From the NCBI GenBank assembly GCA_964016885.1, contig OZ024751.1, forward strand, positions 16,554,001-16,618,000: DNA of 64,000 nt. Reading direction: 5' to 3'. Shown one piece after another: positions 53,013 through 64,000 of the stretch; positions within the stretch are counted from its first letter, which is position 1; the number at the start of each line of letters is the position of its first letter. The stretch comes from Eledone cirrhosa. Taxonomy: Eukaryota. Below the pieces are notes generated by a model. That model was not told where the DNA came from and searched no databases. It was given only the letters and a program-made list of their open reading frames with translations. A program made the position numbers and the translations under genes.

Positions 53013-53023
53013 ATATATATATA

Positions 53024-53057
<34 letters not shown>

Positions 53058-53064
53058 CATATAC

Positions 53065-53096
<32 letters not shown>

Positions 53097-53633
53097 GTCA
53101 GGTTGTTCTCGAGTGATACTGGCAACATGTAACCCAGTACAACCTGTCTGATGGTCAGGTCGTCGGCGACTAAGCCGGCAACTCCACCGAGCCTGCTTGG
53201 TGAGGAGGGTGATATTTTGACACCCTGCAGAATGAAATACAATACCCGGCAAAGGGCGGAGGAACTCAGCAGAGTCCACGGCCATCCAAATAGTACTTTT
53301 TTTTTTTTACCTGGGAGTGAAAGAATCCACACTTGTTGTCTCAGCACCTTTCTAGGAGTCTGAAAAAAAAACCTGCCGCTTCGGAAGGACCCGATGATGT
53401 TGACCAGTTCTCCTTTTCGGGTAGTATTTTCGATGCTCAGAGAGTGGGATTGGTCGATTGGAAGGACTTTCCCCACTTAAAAAACAATCAGAGCACAGGT
53501 ATTGCTTGTTCAGGATATGTAACAGGTTTGTGTGACTGGGCGTAGCCTAAAAGTGCACCAAACTCTATAGTCCTCCAAGCGATTGCAGTACACTTAGCAG
53601 AGTTTGCAGCCATCATACAAGTATCCGTAATAT

Positions 53634-53667
<34 letters not shown>

Positions 53668-53953
53668 GTACACACATATATATATATACGTAGATAGATA
53701 TATAATTGTGTGTATATATATATATAGACACATTTATGTATATATATATACATATAGTAATATATGGTAATATATATGTATAAATAAACACAGTAAATCT
53801 CGTGTCTAAAATTACGATGGTATAAGATACCACTAATGTTTTAAAAATTTTATCTTAACAATACAGTATGATATATTGATTTTATACTGACCGTATCAAA
53901 AATATTTCATCTCTCGGACAGATTTTAGACTCAATATATGTACATAAATACAT

Positions 53954-54023
<70 letters not shown>

Positions 54024-54036
54024 ATATATATCAATA

Positions 54037-54089
<53 letters not shown>

Positions 54090-54109
54090 ATATATATTGA
54101 TGTATATTG

Positions 54110-54141
<32 letters not shown>

Positions 54142-54242
54142 ATTTATGTCCATATATATATACGTAGATATATATACATGTAAATATATTTATATATATA
54201 TATATCTATATACGTATATATATATATATATATATAAATATG

Positions 54243-54330
<88 letters not shown>

Positions 54331-54628
54331 CAAATATATATATAAATTGATATATTGCTGTTAACATATTTAAATTGGAAAGCAATGGCGCCTGATGAAA
54401 ATGTCTGGCTTTACCGATTGCCTTAATTAGGTTCTTTAAAAGAAAATAAAGTCACTGTAAGGGTGTTAGTATTGATTGTAGTAAACTAAGAATTTGCATC
54501 GTAGCTCATATAACAGACAAGGTGGGCGAAGCATTTATGAAATTTTATGAAAATAATACTAGTATCTTTAGTATAAATGACAATGAGCACGTCGGCATAA
54601 TTTATTTTCCCTCCTCCCTCACTCTCTG

Positions 54629-54671
<43 letters not shown>

Positions 54672-54674
<3 letters not shown>

Positions 54675-55044
54675 AAAGTTTTATTTAAAATTGTTGGGAT
54701 ACAACAAGTAAATATTTTATAACTGATATAAAGCACTCGACAAGTTTTTGGAGTAGATATACGATATTACATAAATGGAAACTATATTTATAAAACTATA
54801 TCTATTTTATTACACATATTTCAGGGATACCAAATTAAAATATGGCATGCCTTCGTCAGATAAAATACAATATATAAACAGTTTTATAAATAATTTTGAC
54901 GTCAAAATTATTTATAAAACTGTTTATATATTGTATTTTATCTGACGAAGGCATGCCATATTTTAATTTGGTATCCCTGAAATATGTATAATGAAATAGA
55001 TATGGTTTTATAAATTTAGTTTCCATTTATGTAATATCGTATAT
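54672..55044. mobile_element. (TA)n-embedded palindromic insert, family B, with two opposed hammerhead folds
   Basis: ~143-bp arms around 54900/54901; plus strand TTTTAT CTGACGA..GAAA TATGTA TA ATGAAA (54936-54996) and its mirror at 54805-54865. Confidence 0.7.
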
Positions 55045-55070
55045 ATATATATATATATTATATATATACA

Positions 55071-55103
<33 letters not shown>

Positions 55104-55420
55104 CGGGGTAACAGAATATTGTTATAGGTAGTCCACTTAAGTGTAGTCGTAGTCCAGTTATGGTACTCCGAGCAGTGGATGATATCAACGCTTGGGTAAG
55201 TTTGACTCAACAAGGCGTTTCCATAGTGATGCTGTGAGTACGCGGTAATTCTCACAAGCTTCGATGAATTGACTAGTTACAACTATGTATTGGTGATCGA
55301 ATAACGTGAAAACAAGCGGGTAGCGATCTCTAGACCTACCAGTTCAGAGAAACAATTGTCAGCAATGAGATTAAAAACCTTTTTTGTTTGTATAGCAAAC
55401 CGTGTCACTCTTCTTTCCTG

Positions 55421-55482
<62 letters not shown>

Positions 55483-55575
55483 TTCTGTGTGTATATCGAC
55501 ACACACGCACGCATATATACACACACACCCATATACACAGACCCTCCCCCCTCCATATATATATATATATATATA

Positions 55576-55688
55576 GTAATAATAATAAATTTGAAGACTA
55601 AAATCCAAAGAGGGCTCGATTGACTTTGTTAATTTCAGAAGATCCCTTTAAGGGTGAAAGCAGCGATTCTTTGCTTAAACTTTAATCT

Positions 55689-55692
<4 letters not shown>
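55576..55692. mobile_element. (TA)n-embedded insert, family C, short copy
   Basis: The two ends of 51978-52797 joined directly. Confidence 0.6.
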
Positions 55693-55734
<42 letters not shown>

Positions 55735-56005
55735 GTAAGTCCAAAGAATCATTAGATAAAATATATACAGTATTTCCTCTCCCGATCAGTATAAATTAAC
55801 CATACATAAAAAAAAATCATTTCAACGAGGCTATAAGTTTAAAATGTACTGATGAAGAAGTAATAGACAAATGATACAGATTCTTTTCCACGATGTACAG
55901 CTTACCTAGTATTTCTCCTAGCCTGTAGAAATTGAATAGACACAGTTAATTACACGGAATTATGTACAAAATTGAAGTTAGAAGAAAAATGCACACACAC
56001 ACACG

Positions 56006-56045
<40 letters not shown>

Positions 56046-56331
56046 AAATGATGAATTTTTTAATATAAGGAACTGTTTCTTTGTTTTTATTCATTATTTT
56101 TATTATTTTATATATATATATATATATAAAATAATAAAAATAATGAATAAAAACAAAGAAACAGTTCCTTATATTAAAAAATTCATCATTTTACGATCTT
56201 TTCTAGGATATATATGTGTGTTGGTATGTATATCATATAGATCTATGTAAACATTTTACAAACTATCAGAGGGAATATACATACCTTCACATATATATGG
56301 TGTCTTCAGAAGTTTCGAAGCCCTACTCGTT

Positions 56332-56335
<4 letters not shown>
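56046..56335. mobile_element. Family D inserts, tail-to-tail around (TA)n
   Basis: 56046-56109 is the reverse complement of 56129-56191; 56129-56310 matches 32757-32940. Confidence 0.65.
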
Positions 56336-56365
<30 letters not shown>

Positions 56366-56368
<3 letters not shown>

Positions 56369-56547
56369 GTTTCTACTTTAGGCACAAGGCCAGCAAATTA
56401 CCCAGTGCATTACTGGTACTTTATTTTATCGACCCCGTAAGGATGAAAGGCAAAGTCAACCTCGGCGGGATTTGAACTCAGATCATAAAGGGACGTAACT
56501 ATGCTGGAAAGCATGGCGTCCGACCCTCTACCGATACTGCCAATCCA
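56366..56547 (-). mobile_element. SINE family 1
   Basis: Full reverse-complement copy. Confidence 0.88.
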
Positions 56548-56554
56548 TATATAT

Positions 56555-57032
<478 letters not shown>

Positions 57033-57053
57033 ATATATATATATAATATATAT

Positions 57054-57785
57054 AATTATAAGTTTGAAGAACAGTCAGACAAAATATATTAAATTTTTCT
57101 CCTCCTTAGTCCGTAGAAATTAACTATATAAATTATCATTGAAACGGCGCAAAGTTTATAAATGTAACTTCGAAGAAATAACAGATAAATGTCACAGACA
57201 ATCTCTTGTCAGCTACAGCCAGATGACATTTACCTAGTCTTTCTTCTGAGCCCGTAGAAATTAACTACACAAATAATCAATTAAATGGAGATGAGTCTGA
57301 AATGCAAGTTTAAAGAAAAAATCTAAACTTTACCAAAATTCTTCTAGTCCCGACTATCGATAGTTTTGCTCGTACTGTGGATATGGCCAATCCAGGTATT
57401 ATCCATGAGGTTTCGAGCTTATCAAGAGACTCCCTCAGTAGGACTAAAATTTCTACAGTGATCGCCGCCAGAAATGAATTCAAAATGGGTAAGAATCATC
57501 ACGTGGCTAGGGGTGAAAGTAGAAGGGTGTGAAGGGTAGGCCGGATGGCAAGTAGGTTCACTGCTAGAAGGAGCAGTTAGTTACTGCCTAAGGTTTACTC
57601 AACCGAAAGGTAGTATAGATTAAATTCATAAGGATATATATGTATATATTTAGACATAGTCACAGATACATATAAGAGTGTGGCTACCCTCCACGGTGTG
57701 GCTCAATGAAAAAAGTTAATTAAGCAAATAATTATTAATCAGAGCTATATAAAATTATAAGTTTGAAGATCAGTCACACAATATA
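57054..57785 (-). mobile_element. Terminally redundant ~699-bp non-coding unit with a degenerate hammerhead
   Basis: AATTATAAGTTTGAAGA.CAGTCA.ACAA at 57054 and 57753; minus strand TAGTCCTA CTGAGGG..GAAAC..GTC GGGACTA (57344-57447); related to 55732-55991. Confidence 0.45.
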
Positions 57786-58039
57786 TATATATAATTGGAT
57801 ATATGAGAGGAATGAACATAGATACAACCATACATGTGTTCGAATTGCAAATGACCAAGTTAGCTAGGCTGAAAAATACTAATTTAAAACAATATGGTTT
57901 GCCTGACTCGATTTAACGTAATGAATCAATAAAAATAACAAACCTATATCGGGCAAATACCCTATGGTACCTTTCTTTGAGCTATTCAATTGTAAAAGAC
58001 TATTTTGAGTTTTTAACTCAATCTATGATATATATATAT

Positions 58040-58717
58040 TGCCGCTCATTTCGAATTTTGTTTATCGTCAACTCGTGCGCCGATTTTTCGATACTCGATC
58101 ATTCTAATATTTTTAGCTCTGGACATAGCTATCCACCAGTTAATTTTATTGCTCATTTTTTGTCGATTCTATTGAGTGATGAATAGCTCCTGTTTTATTT
58201 TAACATGTCTATTGAGCACTTTTATTCGATATGTGTATTTCCACATTTCCTCGAATAGTTTTCGCGGATGTAGAGGTTATCTCCCTTGCCGGATTCCATG
58301 TGCGTATTTTGCTTGTAGTTAGCCTCTTAACCACTAGGACGAAGCTCGTTGAAGAAGTAAACTTCCAGTCCGCTTGCTCTAGAAGTTTTATATATTTATA
58401 TGTGAGCTGATAGAGTACAGTCTAAGGATTTACAGAAACCCAAGAAGCTAGATTTAACACCTTTCTAGTGGGTCCGGGTATGATTTTACATTCATTTAAA
58501 TTATTGATGTATTGTTTTATTGATATTTTTTATCTGATTGTCCCGAATCTTCTATTATCGATTTTTTATCGTATGGTTGATTTTAGACTTGTTCTATGTG
58601 TGACGGTATTTTAACGATAGTTATAGCTCTGATTCATCTGAATTATTGAGCCCTCTGCCGCTCATTTCGAATTTTGTTTATCGTGAACTCGTGCGCCGAT
58701 TTTTCGATACTCGATCA

Positions 58718-58726
<9 letters not shown>
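58040..58726 (+). mobile_element. Terminally redundant 616-bp retrozyme/PLE-like unit in (TA)n
   Basis: 71-bp direct repeat at 58040-58110 / 58656-58726 (one mismatch seen); hammerhead fold at 58344-58479. Confidence 0.6.
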
Positions 58727-58797
<71 letters not shown>

Positions 58798-58987
58798 ATA
58801 TAAATATATATATTTAAAAAAAAAATAAGACTTCAGTTGCATTTTCGATTTCATCTCTTTTTCTTTATACTTCCACTCGTGTAGGACACCTCGGTTATTT
58901 TTCATTTTGTAAAAAAAACCTCACTTTCTAATATATATATATATATATAGAAATTACATGAATCAAAGTTCAGTTTAAATCATTTAT

Positions 58988-59036
58988 TTGCTTACAATTG
59001 TTTCTTCCAAACCGAGGTTTGGCTTCTTCGGAGCAA
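58988..59036 (-). ncRNA. Minimal hammerhead candidate (U4C variant)
   Basis: Minus strand: TTGCT CCGAAGA AGCCAAACC-TC-GGTTTGGAA GAAA CAATTG TA AGCAA. Confidence 0.55.
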
Positions 59037-59111
59037 TTATTTAGTGATTTTTTTACATACTTGACCTCCTTTTCAACACAAGAGACATATAGAAACATAT
59101 GTATATGTTGA

Positions 59112-59198
<87 letters not shown>

Positions 59199-59524
59199 TG
59201 TATACTACCAACATTACAATGCTACTGTAAGAATGTCAGAGACGCCTATTTCAATGACCATAATACATGTCTGCTATATATTTACATATTTTATCAATAA
59301 GAGACACCGGTGGGAAATTTTAATTAGAATGTATGACCATACAAACAAATAAAACAAAATATTTATTCTTAGTTTGTACCAGTAGCGCCATTCATTTCCC
59401 TTGTTAATTAGAGTACAATTATTAATTATAAAAATATTAATTATAAAATCGCTATCAGCGATGGTATTTTAAAAGAAATAGACTTTTGAATGGAGTGGGC
59501 TGATGTGACTTATCTAGCATTAAC

Positions 59525-59657
59525 ACACACATTACAGACACACATACACACACACACACCTATATATAGTAACGTATGAAGTACATTACAGACACACATA
59601 CACACACACACACACACATATATATAGTAACGTATGAAGTACATTACAGACACACAT

Positions 59658-59691
<34 letters not shown>

Positions 59692-59737
59692 TAACGTATG
59701 AAGCCAATTACAGACACACACACACACACACACACAT

Positions 59738-59770
<33 letters not shown>

Positions 59771-59915
59771 GTAATGTATGAAGCCAATTACAGACACACA
59801 CACACACACACACACACAGACACATATATATAGTAAAGTATGAAGCCACATTACACACAAACACACACACATATATATATATAGTAACGTATGAAGCAAC
59901 ATTACAGACACACAT

Positions 59916-59948
<33 letters not shown>

Positions 59949-60056
59949 GTAACGTATGAAGGCACATTACAGACACACATACACACACACACAGACACAT
60001 ATATATATATAGTAAAGTATGAAGCCACATTACAGACACACATACACACACACACA

Positions 60057-60099
<43 letters not shown>

Positions 60100-60265
60100 T
60101 AAAGTATGAAGCCACATTACAGACAAACAAACACACATACACACACACACACACACACATATATATAGTAAAGTATGAAGCCACATTACAGACAAACAAA
60201 CACACACACACACACACATATATATATAGTAAAGTATGAAGCCACATTACAGACAAACAAACAAA

Positions 60266-60335
<70 letters not shown>

Positions 60336-60368
60336 GTAAAGTATGAAGCCACATTACAGACAAACAAA

Positions 60369-60404
<36 letters not shown>

Positions 60405-60446
60405 AATATATATAGTAAAGTATGAAGCCATATTACAGACAAACAA

Positions 60447-60478
<32 letters not shown>

Positions 60479-60520
60479 ACATATATAGTAAAGTATGAAG
60501 CCACATTACAGACAAACAAA

Positions 60521-60565
<45 letters not shown>

Positions 60566-60601
60566 TAAAGTATGAAGCCACATTACAGACAAACAAACAA
60601 A

Positions 60602-60641
<40 letters not shown>

Positions 60642-60677
60642 GTAAAGTATGAAGCCACATTACAGACAAACAAACAA

Positions 60678-60708
<31 letters not shown>

Positions 60709-60819
60709 GTAAAGTATGAAGCCACATTACAGACAAACAAACAAACACACACACACACACACATATATATAGTAAAGTATGAAGCCACATTACAGACAAA
60801 CAAACAAACAAACACACAT

Positions 60820-60850
<31 letters not shown>

Positions 60851-60886
60851 GTAAAGTATGAAGCCACATTACAGACAAACAAACAA

Positions 60887-60919
<33 letters not shown>

Positions 60920-60956
60920 GTAAAGTATGAAACCATATTACAGACAAACAAACAAA

Positions 60957-60996
<40 letters not shown>

Positions 60997-61335
60997 GTAA
61001 AGTATGAAGCCACATTACAGACAAACAAACAAACACACATACACACACACACACACATATGTATAGTAAAGTATGAAGCCACATTACAGACAAACAAACA
61101 AACACACATACACACACACACACACACATATATATAGTAAAGTATGAAGCCACATTACAGACAAACAAACAAACACACATACACACACACACACACACAT
61201 ATATATAGTAAAGTATGAAGCCACATTACAGACAAACAAACAAACACACATACACACACACACACACACATATGTATAGTAAAGTATGAAGCCATATTAC
61301 AGACAAACAAACAAACACACACACACACACACACA
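59525..61335. repeat. Compound minisatellite GTAAAGTATGAAGCCACATTACAGA(CAAA)n(CA)n(TA)n, ~55-110 bp units
   Basis: More than 25 units visible. Confidence 0.95.
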
Positions 61336-61425
61336 CACGTACAGACGTACACAGTACGTATGTATGTACGCTTAGAATGAATGTACGAATGAATGTGTGT
61401 ACGTATGTATGCATTTATGTATGTA

Positions 61426-61511
61426 TTGGCTCGTCAAGTATGAAATTTGTAGAAATTTGGTTTTTTTTTTTTTCTTACAAATATCTACAAATTTCATACT
61501 TGACGACCCAA
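61426..61511. mobile_element. Tc1/mariner-type MITE (TIRs of ~34 bp, TA flanks)
   Basis: TA-TTGGCTCGTCAAGTATGAAATTTGTAGA ... TCTACAAATTTCATACTTGACGACCCAA-TA. Confidence 0.65.
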
Positions 61512-61629
61512 TATATATGTATGTATGTATACGTATGTATGTATGTACGAATGTATGTATCAATGTATGTATGTACGAATGTATCTATTTATGTATATAC
61601 GAATATATCTTTGTATATATGTATGTGTA

Positions 61630-61710
61630 TTATCTCTATCTTAATTTTGAGTTTATTTTTGAGCGGTCACCTTCCCGGTGGCAAAGTAGTAAAGAAAAGA
61701 AAAGAAAAAT
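61630..61710 (-). mobile_element. 3'UTR remnant of the (TACA)n-associated R4-like family
   Basis: Aligns with 10836-10911 (CTTAATTT.GAGT.TATTTTTGA.CGG.CACCTTCC.G.TGGCAA); TATG-rich flank. Confidence 0.6.
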
Positions 61711-62449
61711 ATATTTCCGTCGTACTTTGTACTCTCTTTCATCCTTTGAATTGTAAGAACGTTCTATAAACTCTGTAGCTTATTAATTAAGCTTATTATT
61801 TTTTTCATTTGACTTATAAATCCCCTCCCCCCATTTCTACCATACCTTTAACGCATACACACCCACCACCTTCATCCTTTACCCAGATCACTTTTTAACT
61901 ATATACCCTTACCCAGATCTAATCACAAACACTCACTCTCTACTACAACTTTTACACTCCTTTTCTCCCTTACCTGTTCTTAATAATTGTTTTTATTACT
62001 TGATCTCAGTTTTATTTTCCCCTGTCCTTACTTACCCACTAAGTTTTTTAAGTGTAGTCACATAAGGTTGTATGTGGGTGCATATGCAGACAGGCTTATG
62101 TGTACATACATATGTACGTGTTTTTATTATTTTATATGTATGTGTGTGTGTGTGTATATATATGTGTGTGTATATATATATATATATAAATATATATATT
62201 TATATATATGTGTAAATATATATGTGTGTGTATATATATGTATGTGTATGTGTACGAGTATTTATACGCATAGGGATATTTATTTTGTTGGTTATTCAAC
62301 AAAAATATATAATTTTAACTGATTCGAGGCATTCGACAGATCGTCGGGAGTATAATATCATTTTTTTCATTTTTTGGCACCCCGATATTTATACTCCCAC
62401 CTGCGTATTTATAGTTTGTCTGCCTATATGTTTATGCACACGCACACGC

Positions 62450-62550
<101 letters not shown>

Positions 62551-62606
62551 TGTATTTATATATATATATGCATATGTGTATATATGAATATATATATATA
62601 TATATA

Positions 62607-62820
62607 ACGAAGGAAATGTGGTAAGGAACCAGATGGACAATAACACACCAAAGTACTCAATACTTAGGGTAGTAGAGTGGGTAATAGGAACAAGTATGAC
62701 CCCGACGGCAGAGCTCAAGCCGTTTCGATGGCTAATTCTGGACTAAATTTAGTCCAGAATTTAGTCCAGAATTAGCCGTCGAAACGGCTTGCTCTTTGCC
62801 GTCGGGGTCATACTTGTTCC

Positions 62821-62822
<2 letters not shown>
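62607..62822. mobile_element. (TA)n-embedded insert, family A, with ~60-bp fold-back arms
   Basis: 62685-62747 is inverted against 62760-62822. Confidence 0.65.
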
Positions 62823-62893
<71 letters not shown>

Positions 62894-63515
62894 GTATATA
62901 TATGTTTATATATGTGTGCGTATATATAGGTGTGTGTGTGTGTGTGTGTATATTTATTATACATGTGTGTGTGTATATATATACATATGTATATATATGT
63001 AGGATGTGAGTAATATTGTAGAACAATAAAACTATGCATATATCAGTTAAGTAGCACTCAACTGTTGGTAGAACTTGAGTATATATATAGAAGAAATTAA
63101 AAGATGGTTATATGGAACTTTTTTAACCATCTTTTAATTTCTTCTTTATGTATATATATGTATATATATATATGTGTGTGTATGTATATATTTGTTTGTA
63201 TATATGTGTATATGTGTGTATGGATTTACGTATATGTTTATATGTATGCGTTTGTTGATTTTTTATTGCGTGCATGTGTGCGCGCGCGTATGTGTACGTA
63301 TGTACGTGGGTTATGTACCTTTGAGAATCATCTAATTTGTTGTAGTTTTTTTTGTATGTGTATGTATGTAGATGTGTGTGTATATGTATGTATGTATATA
63401 TATATGTGTGTATGTGTGTATGTGTGTGTATATATGTATATACACACACATACACAAATAAATATATACCTATACACACATACAAACACACACCCATATA
63501 TGATATATATATAAG

Positions 63516-63564
<49 letters not shown>

Positions 63565-63760
63565 CATATATATATATATGTATATATGTATATATATATA
63601 TATGCATATATATATATATACATACATTACATATATATATATATATATATGTATATTTATTTTATATATATATATACATATATGGGTGTGTGTTTGCATG
63701 TGTGTATATGTATATATATATGTATATGTGTATATATATATATATGTATATATATATATG

Positions 63761-63881
<121 letters not shown>

Positions 63882-64000
63882 AAAAAAAATTGAAATCGAA
63901 AATGCAACTAGAGTCTTATTTAAAAAAAAATATATATATTTGTTTGGTTCCTTTACCGGTTTCGCATTTCTTCTGCCTTTAAAAAGTAGAGTTGAGATGG

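Noticed and set aside
59525-61335. CRISPR-like array (constant ~25-bp core with variable spacers)
   Set aside because: The spacers are only (CA)n(TA)n, there are no cas genes, and the context is eukaryotic

Overview
AT-rich, microsatellite-saturated animal genomic DNA. The SINE and repeat content suggests a cephalopod such as Octopus (inference). No host protein-coding gene could be supported. The core (10.8-31.3 kb) is a nest of microsatellite-targeting non-LTR retrotransposons: three Tx1/L1-clade elements on the minus strand (two near full length, all disabled) alternate with 5'-truncated R4/Dong-clade RLE elements on the plus strand, all inside (AAT)n tracts, next to a different R4-like family bounded by (TACA)n. 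About 20 copies of a tRNA-derived SINE share a 3' tail motif and an ATTAT target with the Tx1 element. The most striking unannotated signal is at least 12 type I hammerhead-ribozyme folds, found by eye, in short non-coding inserts sitting in (TA)n runs. These Penelope-like/retrozyme-type inserts include fold-back copies with fixed outer ends and two terminally redundant units of about 0.6-0.7 kb. The Tx1 ORF1/ORF2 junction also holds a 52-nt GT-AG segment whose removal would fuse the ORFs in frame. The rest is minisatellite and triplet low-complexity DNA. All alignments and folds were done by eye; coordinates of degenerate features are approximate.
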